Translations under genes and position numbers: made by a program | Shown here: piece by piece, positions 25,703 through 35,844 of the stretch | Layout: each line of letters opens with the position of its first letter | Numbering within the stretch: the stretch's first letter is position 1 | Notes under the pieces: model-generated | What the model was told of the DNA's origin: nothing | Database searches by the model: none | What the model saw: only the letters and a program-made list of their open reading frames with translations | Assembly (NCBI GenBank): GCA_964577685.1 | Contig: CAZNZT010000002.1 | Span: forward strand, 62,001-108,406 | Length of the DNA: 46,406 nt | Direction: 5' to 3' | DNA from: an uncultured Methanosarcinales archaeon | GTDB lineage: Archaea > Nanobdellota > Nanobdellia > Woesearchaeales > JACPBV01

Positions 25703-26764
25703 ATGAGACCAGCCCTAAATAGCCCCTCAATATTCATAGGCGTAGATGGAAAAGACATAATTAGCTTTGGTTCTGGGCAGCCTGATTTGCCACCACCTGA
25801 AAGAGTTTTTAAAATTCTTCCTGATTATAGGCAATTTAAGTATGGGCTTATTCAAGGAATGGAGAAATTAAGAGAAGCGCTTTCAAGACAGAAAGAATTT
25901 AGGGGCTCTGACAAGGATAGTTTTGTTATAACAAATGGTGCGTCTGAAGCACTGGATTTAACATTCAGGGCAATATGCAAACCAGGTGATAAGATTCTTG
26001 TTCATAAACCATATTATTACTCCTATGTCCCCCTTATTAAAATTAACCATTGTAAGCCAGTATTCACGGAAACAGTAAAAGGAAAGATACAAATAGATGA
26101 TTTCTATGAAAAAGCAAGGGAGTGTAAGATAGTATTGATAAATTCCCCCTCAAATCCGACAGGTAGAGTACAAGAGATTAAGACTCTTAAAGAAATTGAA
26201 AAATTTTGTGCTGATTTAGATATAACAATTGTTTCTGATGAGGTCTATAAAGATTTAATTTATACAAGGGAAAACTATATGCTCCACGGACCACATGTTG
26301 TTACAATAAACAGCTTCTCAAAAACATTTGGTATGTGTGGTTTTAGGGTTGGTTATTTGTACTCTAATGATAGAAAGATAATAGACAGAGTAATAGAAAT
26401 AAAGACTCACTCCTCCATGAATACTAGTATAATAGCACAGGAGATGGCATATGAAGCCACGAAAGCCCCTAAAGATTATATAAAAAAACAAGTAGCAATA
26501 TGGAAGGAAAGAAGAGACACAATCTATGAAGGCTTACAAAGGCTTGGTTTGGATTTATGGAAGCCAGAAGGTGCTTTTTATGTTTTACCTAAAATTAAGA
26601 ATCCACAAAAAGCAGTTTTGACATTGTTTAAAAAATATAAAGTAATAACCTACCTTGGCTCTTGGTTTGGTTCCCCTGAAAGAATAAGGTTAAGTTATGC
26701 CTTAAATAATGATAAAATTGAAGAAGGACTAAAAAGAATAGAAAGCTATTTAAAGCATGGTTAA
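25703..26764 (+). CDS. PLP-dependent aminotransferase class I/II
   Basis: GQPD, ITNGASEAL, NSPSNPTG, SDEVY, SFSKTFGMCGFRVG. Confidence 0.93.
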   Translation: MRPALNSPSIFIGVDGKDIISFGSGQPDLPPPERVFKILPDYRQFKYGLIQGMEKLREALSRQKEFRGSDKDSFVITNGASEALDLTFRAICKPGDKILVHKPYYYSYVPLIKINHCKPVFTETVKGKIQIDDFYEKARECKIVLINSPSNPTGRVQEIKTLKEIEKFCADLDITIVSDEVYKDLIYTRENYMLHGPHVVTINSFSKTFGMCGFRVGYLYSNDRKIIDRVIEIKTHSSMNTSIIAQEMAYEATKAPKDYIKKQVAIWKERRDTIYEGLQRLGLDLWKPEGAFYVLPKIKNPQKAVLTLFKKYKVITYLGSWFGSPERIRLSYALNNDKIEEGLKRIESYLKHG

Positions 26765-26779
26765 TTTGTTTTTCTTGGG

Positions 26780-27547
26780 GTGGTTTTGATGATATTCGGA
26801 TTTGGTTTTGGTAGCTTTACTTTATTTTGGCTGTTTGTTATCTTATTAACAAGTCTAAAGATAGTAAGGGAATATGAAAGGGGTGTAAAATTTACCTTGG
26901 GAAGATATTCTGGTTTGATGAAGCCAGGTCTAAGATTGGTCATCCCTATAATACAATCATGGGTAAGGGTTGATTTGAGAATAAGAACAGTAGATGTCCC
27001 GTCCCAAGAGTGCGTAAGTAAAGATAATGTTTCATTGAAAGTTAATGCTGTTCTTTATTACAAGATATCTTCTGCAGATAAAGCGATTTTAGAGGTTGAG
27101 AATTTCAGTTATGCTGTTTCTCAACTAGCCCAGACAACTATGAGGAATATAGTAGGCGAATTTGAACTTGATGAGATTTTATCAAAGAGAGAACAAATAT
27201 CCAAGAAAATACAGGAGATAGTTGATAGGGCAACAGATCCTTGGGGGATAAAGGTGACTAATATTGAGATAAAGGATATAGAATTACCAGAAACTATGAA
27301 GAGGGCAATGGCTCACCAGGCAGAAGCTGAGCGAGATAGAAGAGCGAGGATTACATTAGCATTGGGAGAAAGCCAAGCAGCTGAAAAGTTAGCACAAGCA
27401 GCTAAAATCATAGGAAAAGAACCAGCAGGTTTACAACTTAGGTTGTTCCAAACAATGTCCGAGATAGCCTCAGAAAAGAATAGCACAATAATCTTGCCTG
27501 TGCCTACGGAGTTAATAGAGTATGTAAAAAGGATTAGCAAGAAATAA
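26780..27547 (+). CDS. SPFH/stomatin (slipin) family protein
   Basis: EYERGVKFTLGR, QLAQTTMR, WGIKV, QAEAERDRRA. Confidence 0.93.
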   Translation: MVLMIFGFGFGSFTLFWLFVILLTSLKIVREYERGVKFTLGRYSGLMKPGLRLVIPIIQSWVRVDLRIRTVDVPSQECVSKDNVSLKVNAVLYYKISSADKAILEVENFSYAVSQLAQTTMRNIVGEFELDEILSKREQISKKIQEIVDRATDPWGIKVTNIEIKDIELPETMKRAMAHQAEAERDRRARITLALGESQAAEKLAQAAKIIGKEPAGLQLRLFQTMSEIASEKNSTIILPVPTELIEYVKRISKK

Positions 27548-27584
27548 ATAAATTTTTTATATTCTAATCTCTTCTGTATTACTA

Positions 27585-27917
27585 ATGCTAAATCCAGATA
27601 CCTTTGTTTGTGATAGAAAGTGTGGTCTGTGCTGTATTAAATATATAGTTAAACTGACTAAAAAAGACATTATTAACATAAAGAAGCTGGGATATGATGA
27701 AGACTATTTTGTTGAAGAAGATAAATTTCTAGGTGGAAAAACAAGGTTTGTTCTTAAAAAGAAAGATAATGGCTGGTGTATTTTTCTTTCTAAAGATAAA
27801 AAAGGCATATACTCATGTGAGATATATAATTCAAGACCATCTGTTTGCAGAAGGTACCCGTTTCTTAAGAAAAAAAACATTAAGAGCTGTAAGCCTGTTA
27901 CTTTCTCTAACCACTAA
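27585..27917 (+). CDS. YkgJ-family Cys-cluster (CxxxCxxCC) protein
   Basis: CDRKCGLCC...CIFL...CEIYNSRPSVCRRYPF. Confidence 0.88.
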   Translation: MLNPDTFVCDRKCGLCCIKYIVKLTKKDIINIKKLGYDEDYFVEEDKFLGGKTRFVLKKKDNGWCIFLSKDKKGIYSCEIYNSRPSVCRRYPFLKKKNIKSCKPVTFSNH

Positions 27918-27973
27918 TTTTTTAAATAACCTCTTATTCCTACTCTTATAAAATCTTTTTTGATATTTGAGAG

Positions 27974-28525
27974 GTGATTTGTAGCATGCCAGAATTCAAA
28001 TTATGCATAGCTAATCCAAAAACAGGAAAATGCTATTCAAAGGTTGTTAAGGATGAGGAAGCAACACCATTTATAGGTCTGAATATCGGTGAGACTATTC
28101 AGGGAGATGTTTTTGGGATGCCTGGCTATGAGTTTCTTATCACAGGCGGTTCTGATTATTGCGGTTTTCCTATGAGGAGGGGCATCTTAGGAGTGAGAAA
28201 AAAGATATTGGCCTCTGGTGGAGTTGGATTCCCAAGAGTAAAGAAGGGGATGAAAAAAAGAAAAACCGTTTGCGGGCATAAAATCCATGAAAGAATATCT
28301 CAGATTAATCTTAAGATACTAAAAGAAGGTAAGAAAAAGTTAGAAGAAATTTTCCCCATCAAAAAAGAGGAAGAAGGAAAAGAAAAAGAAAAACCAGAAG
28401 AACCAAAGGAACCAAAAGAAAAGAAAGAGGAAAAAAAGGAAGAAAAAAAAGAGCAAAAGAAAGATGATGTAGCAAAAACAACTGATGAAGAGAAAGCAGA
28501 TAAACAAAAGAAAGAACAAAAGTAA
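27974..28525 (+). CDS. rps6e: 30S ribosomal protein eS6 with K/E-rich C-terminal tail (start probably ATG 27986)
   Basis: ITGGSDYCGFPMR, KRKTVCG, QINLKI; adjacent to eIF2-gamma as in other archaea. Confidence 0.92.
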   Translation: MICSMPEFKLCIANPKTGKCYSKVVKDEEATPFIGLNIGETIQGDVFGMPGYEFLITGGSDYCGFPMRRGILGVRKKILASGGVGFPRVKKGMKKRKTVCGHKIHERISQINLKILKEGKKKLEEIFPIKKEEEGKEKEKPEEPKEPKEKKEEKKEEKKEQKKDDVAKTTDEEKADKQKKEQK

Positions 28526-28538
28526 ATAAGCATGTAAT

Positions 28539-29792
28539 ATGCCCGACAAAAAGGAAAAAAACACAAATGTTGAAACAGGACAAGCGGTAATTAATATAGG
28601 GATGGTTGGGCATGTTGACCATGGAAAAACAACATTGCTTGAAAAGCTTAGTGGAAAATGGGCAGATACTCATTCTGAAGAAATAAAGAGGGGAATTACA
28701 ATAAGATTGGGTTATGCGGATGTTGTTTTTAGAAAATGTGAGAGCTGTGGTATCTATACAGTAAAAAAGAACTGTCCAGAATGTAAAACTGAAACAAAAC
28801 CCCTAAGGAAAGTTAGCTTTGTTGATGCACCCGGGCATGAAAGTTTAATGGCAACTATGTTAAGTGGAGCAACAATAATAGATGGAGCCCTGCTGCTGAT
28901 AGCTGCTAATGAATCATGCCCACAACCACAAACAAGGGAACACCTAATGGCATTAAGCATTATTGGTGTTGAGAACATCGTTGTTGCTCAAAACAAGATA
29001 GACCTTGTAAGTGAGGAACAAGCAATAAAGAACTACCAAGAAATAAAAAGATTTCTTGAAGATACAAAATACAAAAACGCTCCAATAGTCCCAATATCTG
29101 CTCAACATGATGTTGGAGTAAATTATTTAATTGAAGCTATTGAAAAATATATCAAAACACCAGACAGAGATCTTAGCAAAGACCCTCTAATGCTTGTGGC
29201 AAGGAGTTTTGATATAAATAAGCCGGGCACAGAGATAAAGAATCTTGTAGGTGGCGTTCTTGGTGGGGTTCTAAAAAGAGGCGTCTTAAAAAAAGGGCAG
29301 GAAATAGAGATAAGGCCTGGGTATGAGATAACAGAAAGAAACAAAAAGGTTTGGAAACCCTTATCTACAACCATAATGAGTATAAGGTCTGGTGGAATCT
29401 CAATCAAAGAGGCAGTTCCCGGTGGTTCTATAGCTCTATTAACTTCTCTGGATCCTTCAATTACAAAGTCAGATAATCTCATAGGCAATGTTGTTGGATT
29501 ACCTGGAAAGCTTCCTCCATTGTTTGATGAGTTATCTCTTGAGGTAACTTTAATGGAGAGGGTTGTTGGTTATAAAGAGGAACTAAAAGTTGAGGAAATA
29601 AAAATGAATGAGGCTCTAATGTTAAATGTGAATGCCTCAGCTACAATAGGAATTGTAACAGAGATAAAAGGAAACACTATAAAATGTAAACTGAAATTGC
29701 CCATATGTGCAGAAGTTGGTTCAAGGGTAACTGTATCAAGAATGATAAATAACAGGTTTAGGCTAATAGGCTACGGGATCATAAAAAAATGA
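28539..29792 (+). CDS. eif2g: Translation initiation factor 2 subunit gamma
   Basis: NIGMVGHVDHGKTT, RGITIRLGY, DAPGHE, QPQTREH, NKID, RLIGYG. Confidence 0.96.
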   Translation: MPDKKEKNTNVETGQAVINIGMVGHVDHGKTTLLEKLSGKWADTHSEEIKRGITIRLGYADVVFRKCESCGIYTVKKNCPECKTETKPLRKVSFVDAPGHESLMATMLSGATIIDGALLLIAANESCPQPQTREHLMALSIIGVENIVVAQNKIDLVSEEQAIKNYQEIKRFLEDTKYKNAPIVPISAQHDVGVNYLIEAIEKYIKTPDRDLSKDPLMLVARSFDINKPGTEIKNLVGGVLGGVLKRGVLKKGQEIEIRPGYEITERNKKVWKPLSTTIMSIRSGGISIKEAVPGGSIALLTSLDPSITKSDNLIGNVVGLPGKLPPLFDELSLEVTLMERVVGYKEELKVEEIKMNEALMLNVNASATIGIVTEIKGNTIKCKLKLPICAEVGSRVTVSRMINNRFRLIGYGIIKK

Positions 29793-29795
29793 AAA

Positions 29796-29909
29796 CTACT
29801 TGTTAAGAAAGTCACTCATTTTGTCATCAATGTTGATGGGAATAAATTGAAACTCCTTCTTGTTTTTTCTTTCCTTTTTGTTGGTTTTAAATTCTAGATA
29901 ATCATACAT
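29796..29909 (-). CDS. Possible 37-aa small protein
   Basis: MYDYLEFKTNKKERKNKKEFQFIPINIDDKMSDFLNK with AGGTGA SD at 29915-29920. Confidence 0.45.
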   Translation of the reverse strand: MYDYLEFKTNKKERKNKKEFQFIPINIDDKMSDFLNK

Positions 29910-29969
29910 TTAAATCACCTTACTGGGCTAGATGCTCCACATGTTAATTATTAGAACCATAATAAAAAA

Positions 29970-30095
29970 TCAGGATTCTATATATCCCTTCATAAAGCCA
30001 GCTTCCTCTGGTGTAATCTCATCCTCTTCTGTTAGCTCTTCTAGGTGCTCTTCCCCATACAGGTCAGCCTTATCATTAATCTCTTCTTCGTACAT
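29970..30095 (-). CDS. 41-aa acidic small protein
   Basis: MYEEEINDKADLYGEEHLEELTEEDEITPEEAGFMKGYIES; SD AGGGGG and TATA-like box upstream. Confidence 0.7.
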   Translation of the reverse strand: MYEEEINDKADLYGEEHLEELTEEDEITPEEAGFMKGYIES

Positions 30096-30255
30096 TGCTA
30101 CCCCCTACCAGTAAAGCCTAAAATTATAAAAATTCGAATTTATTTATATATTTAATTCTTAAATTTTATAATATTTATATAATTAGAAAAATTTATAAAT
30201 GATAGTGATTTACTATAATCACATATAAACATTTTTTATAAAAACTAAAAGCACT

Positions 30256-31215
30256 TTGGGGGTTAAGATGAAAAGAAGGATAATACAAATCGCTAACTCT
30301 ACACAACTTGTTTCATTACCTAGAAAATGGGCTTTGGAGCATGGTCTTAAGAAGGGGGATGAATTAGATATAAGAGTAGAAGGTAACAAACTTATAATAA
30401 GCGTTGATGGTGAGGGTAAAAAGAGATCCAAGATTGAGCTAAATATTACCGATTTAGATAAGGATTCAATAGTCTTCTTGATAAGAGGCCTATATATAAG
30501 GGGGTATGATGAAATAAAACTAATCTTTGATAAGCCCCTGACCAAGCATTATAGAACAAATAAAAATGTAAGGTTCCTCTCGGTAATCCATAATGAAACA
30601 CTTAGGTCTACTGGTTTGGAGATTATTCAAGAGAAAAGCAATCTTGTTGTTTTAAGGAGAATATCCGAAAGCACAACAAGGGAGTTTGATACTATTTTAA
30701 GAAGGATATTTCTGCTTCTTATTGATGCAGCCAAAGACCTGTATGAAGGGGTAAAAGCAAGAGATTTTGAATTAGTAAAAAGTTTAGAAGAGAAACACGA
30801 TACTATGACAAAGTTTATTTTCTATAATTTAAGATTGCTTAATACCATGAGCCATATCCACCATGCTAAAGCTCCTTTTTTGTTTCATATAATTGCTTCT
30901 TTGGATATGGTTAATGACACCTTGAGAAATGCTGCGAGAGATATTTTAGAAAGTGGAATGAAGCCTAGCCATAAGGGGCTTTTAATTTTAGAGCAAATTT
31001 ACAAATCAATAGAGCTCTACTATAATCTTTATTATAATTTTAATCTTAAAAGATGTAATGAATTCTCAAAAGTTAGGGATAGCGTACTTAATATAATCAA
31101 AGACAATATGAAAAACAAGCTTACAAAGGAGGATGTCTTCATTCTGACAACTTGTGAATACTGCTTGGAAATATTAAGGAACCTGTATTCAGCAAGGGTT
31201 GGAATGGAGTATTAA
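30256..31215 (+). CDS. AbrB/MazE-domain PhoU-like phosphate uptake regulator (start probably ATG 30268)
   Basis: RRIIQIANSTQLVSLPRKWA..GLKKGDEL, YIRGYDEI, GLEII. Confidence 0.85.
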   Translation: MGVKMKRRIIQIANSTQLVSLPRKWALEHGLKKGDELDIRVEGNKLIISVDGEGKKRSKIELNITDLDKDSIVFLIRGLYIRGYDEIKLIFDKPLTKHYRTNKNVRFLSVIHNETLRSTGLEIIQEKSNLVVLRRISESTTREFDTILRRIFLLLIDAAKDLYEGVKARDFELVKSLEEKHDTMTKFIFYNLRLLNTMSHIHHAKAPFLFHIIASLDMVNDTLRNAARDILESGMKPSHKGLLILEQIYKSIELYYNLYYNFNLKRCNEFSKVRDSVLNIIKDNMKNKLTKEDVFILTTCEYCLEILRNLYSARVGMEY

Positions 31216-31238
31216 GCATATAAATCCTAAGAACAAAG

Positions 31239-32237
31239 ATGGAGAGAATAAGGTTTATTGAAGATAAGTATGTTCCTTCTTTGTTTAAAAGAATAGCCAA
31301 AGAAGAACTAAGCAGACATTTTTTTCCTAACGAAAGGGTAGCTATAAAACTCCATATGGGTGAGCTTGGTAATGATTATTATTTAAAACCAGACTTTGTT
31401 AAGATTATTGTTGATATCTTGAAGGAACTAGGCATAGAACCATTTCTTTTTGACTCACCAGTTATTTATCCTGGTGGGAGGGATACTGTAGAGAAATATT
31501 ATAAAACAGCTGAGAAGCATGGCTTTAATGAAGATGAACTTGGTTGTAGAATTGTAATCTCAAATGATTCTAAGCTCGTAAAAACAGAGAATCTTTGTGT
31601 AGAGGTATGTAAGCCCCTTATAGAGTCTGATGGATTGCTTGTTTTAAGTCATGTGAAGGGACATATGTGTTCAGGATTTGGTGGGGCAATCAAGAATCTA
31701 GGTATGGGTGGTGTAACAATAAAAACAAAGAGGGATATACACCAACTCGCATCTCCTGTCTTTGTTGATGAATGTAGCGGATGTGGTAGCTGTGTTAAAC
31801 TTTGTCCTGTTGGTGCAATAAAACTAAAGAATAAGAAAGCAAATTTTGATTTAGAAAATTGTTGGGGTTGTGGTGTTTGTATAGTTGGTTGCCCTTCAAA
31901 TGCTTTGAAGCCAAGGGTGGCATCGTTTGATAGGTTAATTGCGGAAGGAGCTTATGCTGTCTTAAAGGGTATAAGAAAGAGCTATTATGTAAATGTAATA
32001 AAAAACATAACAAGACTTTGTGATTGTGCTAAAGATCCAGGTGGTATAGTATTAGATGATATTGGAATTCTTCTTGGAAGGGACATAGTTGCAATAGAGA
32101 AAGCATCTTTTGACCTAATAAATAAGAAGGCAGGCAAGGATATATTTAAAGAACTTCATAAAAAATCCCCCTTTGAACATATAAAGGAAGCAGAAAGACT
32201 TGGTCTTGGAAACTTAAATTATGAACTAGTAGTCTGA
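31239..32237 (+). CDS. DUF362 protein with 2x[4Fe-4S] ferredoxin domain
   Basis: KLHMGE, SHVKGH, GGAIKNLGMG, two CxxCxxCxxxCP motifs, CDC. Confidence 0.9.
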   Translation: MERIRFIEDKYVPSLFKRIAKEELSRHFFPNERVAIKLHMGELGNDYYLKPDFVKIIVDILKELGIEPFLFDSPVIYPGGRDTVEKYYKTAEKHGFNEDELGCRIVISNDSKLVKTENLCVEVCKPLIESDGLLVLSHVKGHMCSGFGGAIKNLGMGGVTIKTKRDIHQLASPVFVDECSGCGSCVKLCPVGAIKLKNKKANFDLENCWGCGVCIVGCPSNALKPRVASFDRLIAEGAYAVLKGIRKSYYVNVIKNITRLCDCAKDPGGIVLDDIGILLGRDIVAIEKASFDLINKKAGKDIFKELHKKSPFEHIKEAERLGLGNLNYELVV

Positions 32238-32253
32238 TTTTGAATAACCAAAA

Positions 32254-33015
32254 ATGAATCTACTAATAGACATTCATTGTCACCTCCATTATTACTCTCC
32301 CAAGGACCTTAATAATATAATAGAAAATGCGAAGAAGGTTGGATTAGCCTGTATTCTAACAAACGGAATAGACCCTAAGACAAATAGGGTTACCTTGAGT
32401 ATAGCTGAAAAGTATGATATAGTAAAGGCGGCTTTGGGGATTTATCCTATAAATAGAATCACAAAAAAAGCGAATTTTGATGGTTCTGAGGCATATAAAG
32501 AAATAGGATGGATAGAAAAAAATAAAGATTGTATAATTGCAATAGGAGAGTGTGGCCTTGATGGTTTGAACAAAGACAACTTTTGTGAGCAAAAGAAAAT
32601 CTTTGAAGAGCTAATAGCCCTTTCAGAAAGGATAAAGAAACCATTGATTGTTCATTCAAGAAAGGCAGAGGCTAGTGTACTTGATATGCTTGAATCTTCT
32701 AATGTAAAGAGAGTCTTACTACATTGCTTTTGTGGGAAAAAAAGCCTAGTAAAAAAAGCACTTGACCTAGGCTTTTATTTTTCAATACCTACAAACATAG
32801 TAAGAGCTCAGAATTTTAAAATGATTTCAGATATAGTAGATATAAATCATCTCTTCTGTGAGACAGATTCCCCTTATCTAAGTCCTTTCAGGAATCTAAA
32901 AAACCAGCCAGCCTTTGTCATAGAGTCATATAAAAAAATAGCAGAAATAAAATCAATGGAACTAAATGAAGTAATAAATAATATTTGGATGAATTTCAAA
33001 AAACTTTTTTGGTAG
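32254..33015 (+). CDS. tatD: TatD-family nuclease
   Basis: DIHCHL, IGECGLD, VHSRKAE, LHCF, ETDSPY. Confidence 0.92.
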   Translation: MNLLIDIHCHLHYYSPKDLNNIIENAKKVGLACILTNGIDPKTNRVTLSIAEKYDIVKAALGIYPINRITKKANFDGSEAYKEIGWIEKNKDCIIAIGECGLDGLNKDNFCEQKKIFEELIALSERIKKPLIVHSRKAEASVLDMLESSNVKRVLLHCFCGKKSLVKKALDLGFYFSIPTNIVRAQNFKMISDIVDINHLFCETDSPYLSPFRNLKNQPAFVIESYKKIAEIKSMELNEVINNIWMNFKKLFW

Positions 33016-33039
33016 CTAAATAAAGATAAAAAATAAAAA

Positions 33040-34290
33040 ATGAAGAGAATTCAGAAGACAGCTTTTTATTCCTATAGGATTGGAAGCTTACCAAGAGGAT
33101 GTAGCTTGTGTGTAAGGGGACAGAAACTAGTACTTTTTGTTACAGGTTTGTGTCCAAGGCGATGCTACTATTGTCCAATATCAGATAAGAAATATAATAA
33201 AGATGTAGTCTATGCAGATGAATGGCCGACAGATAATATAAAAAACATAATAAAAGAGGCAAAACTAATAGATGCAAAAGGTGCTGGCTTTACTGGTGGA
33301 GACCCATTATGCAGACCTGATAGAACTATCTTTTACTTGAAAACACTAAAAGATAAATTTGGGAAAAGCTTTCATATTCATCTCTATACTTCTATGGATT
33401 TAATTAATAGGAGTATCTTAGAGCGATTATATAATGCAGGTTTAGATGAGATAAGATTTCATTTGGATTTAGACAATAAAGCGTTATGGAATAAAATAAC
33501 CTTTGCCCTATCATTTCCTTGGGATATCGGGATTGAGATTCCAGTAATACCAAAGAAAGAGAAAGCAATTAAAGATATTATTAATTTCATTTTTGCTATA
33601 AATACAGATAATAGCTCTAAAAATAAAATTAAATTTTTGAATCTGAATGAACTTGAGATAGCAGATAATAGCATAAACAAATTAAAAAAACTTGGTTATA
33701 AAACAAAAAGCGAACTTTCTTACGCTGTTAAGGGTTCCGAAGAATTGGCCTTTAAGATATTAAATTACATAATATTTAAAGAAGGCAAAGGAAGGAATAA
33801 AAAAGGGAGATTGAATGTTCATTATTGCACAGCAACCCTAAAAGATAAAATACAACTTACAAATCGGATAAAAAGAAGGGCGAGGAATACCAAAAAGAAA
33901 TACGATGTGCTTACTAATGAAGGCACTTTAATACGAGGAGCAATATACCTTGCAAATCTAAAACCAGATTTTAATTACAGGAGAAGGCTAGAAACAATAT
34001 TAAACAACAAGAAAAAAAAGAGAATATACCTAAACAAATTAAGAAATATAAGGGAAGAGCTAATGAGGGATTTCAGGATAAATTTAATTGAAATAGATAA
34101 AAACAAGCTTAGGCTGCTTACCTCTCCCGAAGCAGTAAAAAGAATAAAAAATATTCTTAATTCTTCCACCTTAGGAAATCCAGACTTAATCCATGACAAG
34201 AGGTTTTTCAGAAGGAGAGAGATTTTTTTGGCAATAGTTGAGGAGTACCCCACTTATGACCAACTTGAGATAGATATCCAATTTTTATAG
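33040..34290 (+). CDS. Radical SAM protein (archaeal COG2108-like)
   Basis: GCSLCVRGQKLVLFVTGLCPRRCYYCP, TGGDP, DEIRFH, LNLNELE. Confidence 0.88.
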   Translation: MKRIQKTAFYSYRIGSLPRGCSLCVRGQKLVLFVTGLCPRRCYYCPISDKKYNKDVVYADEWPTDNIKNIIKEAKLIDAKGAGFTGGDPLCRPDRTIFYLKTLKDKFGKSFHIHLYTSMDLINRSILERLYNAGLDEIRFHLDLDNKALWNKITFALSFPWDIGIEIPVIPKKEKAIKDIINFIFAINTDNSSKNKIKFLNLNELEIADNSINKLKKLGYKTKSELSYAVKGSEELAFKILNYIIFKEGKGRNKKGRLNVHYCTATLKDKIQLTNRIKRRARNTKKKYDVLTNEGTLIRGAIYLANLKPDFNYRRRLETILNNKKKKRIYLNKLRNIREELMRDFRINLIEIDKNKLRLLTSPEAVKRIKNILNSSTLGNPDLIHDKRFFRRREIFLAIVEEYPTYDQLEIDIQFL

Positions 34291-34317
34291 AAAAATTTAT
34301 ATGTTCCTACTTCTATT

Positions 34318-34590
34318 TTGTTTATTATGAAGATTACCATAGATACAAAGGAAGACACCCATGAAGAAATAAGAAAGGTTATCAGAATGTTACAGCAGTT
34401 GGTAGGAGAGAGTTCTTATACAAATAGAAACTTGTTTGGTGAAACTCAGCATTCATTGCAGGAATCACAAGAGTCTACGAATGTATTTGCTTCTCTTTTT
34501 GGTAATCAGATTGATGAAAGCCAGAATAAAGAAACAGAAGATAAAGAAGAAGATAAAAGCGAGGATATTCCTGAAGTAATCCCTTACTAA
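34318..34590 (+). CDS. Hypothetical protein with acidic C-terminus (start probably ATG 34327)
   Basis: MKITIDTKEDTHEEIRKVIRML...; co-oriented in operon. Confidence 0.65.
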   Translation: MFIMKITIDTKEDTHEEIRKVIRMLQQLVGESSYTNRNLFGETQHSLQESQESTNVFASLFGNQIDESQNKETEDKEEDKSEDIPEVIPY

Positions 34591-34599
34591 CAAATTAAA

Positions 34600-35010
34600 A
34601 TGAAATATAAATTTCTTGATGATATAACCTCAGATGTTATGTTTGAGGTATATGGTAAGAATCTAAAAGAACTTTTTCAAAATGCAGCAGAGGCATTATT
34701 CTCTGTGATATGCAAAATAGAAAAAGTTCAGCCAAAAGAGTCAGAAGAATTTGAAATAAAAGCAAATAACATTGAAGAACTTATGATAAATTGGCTTCAG
34801 GCCTTAATTGCAATAGTTGATGTAGAGCAGAAATTTTTCTCTAAGTTTGAAATAGAGGAAATCTCTGAGACAAAATTAAGGGCAAAACTTTTTGGAGAAC
34901 CTATAAGGCCAGAACTTGGTGAAACAGTGGTAAAGGCCGTTACAATGTATAAGTACAAACTAGAGAAAACAGATAATGGTTACAGGGCTGTTGTTAGCTT
35001 GGATATTTAA
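34600..35010 (+). CDS. Archease
   Basis: YKFLDDITSDV..YGKNLKELFQNAA, VKAVTMY, C-terminal LDI. Confidence 0.9.
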   Translation: MKYKFLDDITSDVMFEVYGKNLKELFQNAAEALFSVICKIEKVQPKESEEFEIKANNIEELMINWLQALIAIVDVEQKFFSKFEIEEISETKLRAKLFGEPIRPELGETVVKAVTMYKYKLEKTDNGYRAVVSLDI

Positions 35011-35738
35011 TCTGTTGCTATTGTTTTGCTTTTTACATCTAACTCTGTATTGTCACTAGCATCGTAAAGTTCTATCTTTATAAATTCCTTTAAGGGATTG
35101 TCTGGCCTTAAATAATGGGCTTTTAGTTCCTTATCTAGCTTCCATGTTTTTACTCCTATAGGTATCGCACCAGCATATTGTATCTTTCCACCATTAGGCC
35201 ATTGTTTTATTGCTTCAGGACTTTCTTTATCATACCAATAAACCCAAACTAGTGGGGTGAATATCTTTTTTTGGTTGTCAATTCTTATGGTTATTGACTC
35301 TATTTTTGTCTTATTTTCGTCTAAGTCAACATCATCTATGTATAATATCACATTTCCGGATAACTCCTTCTCTTCTTTTTCTTGTTCCTCACTCTCTTCA
35401 GGGTTTTCTGTTTCTATTTCCTCTTCTTTGGTTTCATTAATTTCTGTAGTTTCTGATTCATTTATAGTTTCACTCTTGTTTTCCTCTTCATTAATAACAG
35501 CCTGCGTTACAATAATAGGCTGTGTTTCAATTTCAGAAAGCCCTCTTTCGCATTTGTACCTTGATATTGGATTATAAAAAACAAGTCCGAGCAAAGCGAA
35601 TATTATAATAAGGTATATTGTTCTTTCTATCCAAAATTTATTTAATCTTACCTTTATTTCAATAATATTCTTATCCATCTTATCTTCTTCATCTTTTTTG
35701 TTGAAACTCTCAAATGAATCTTCTCCCATTATTTCCAA
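35007..35738 (-). CDS. Single-TM membrane-anchored protein with acidic linker and beta-rich outer domain
   Basis: TM ERTIYLIIIFALLGLVFY; E-rich linker with N-x-S/T sequons. Confidence 0.7.
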   Translation of the reverse strand: MEIMGEDSFESFNKKDEEDKMDKNIIEIKVRLNKFWIERTIYLIIIFALLGLVFYNPISRYKCERGLSEIETQPIIVTQAVINEEENKSETINESETTEINETKEEEIETENPEESEEQEKEEKELSGNVILYIDDVDLDENKTKIESITIRIDNQKKIFTPLVWVYWYDKESPEAIKQWPNGGKIQYAGAIPIGVKTWKLDKELKAHYLRPDNPLKEFIKIELYDASDNTELDVKSKTIATD

Positions 35739-35844
35739 TACAATTTCTAATATATATTTCAGCTATTCTGATTATTTCCAAAGTTACATAACTCTATATA
35801 AATTTATCGATAACTTTTTAAATATTTATACTTTTGCTTTTTTT

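Noticed and set aside
35698..35844. N-terminal extension of RtcB from the ORF track
   Set aside because: TTG start overlaps the divergent gene and promoter DNA; RtcB-like sequence starts at ATG 35845.
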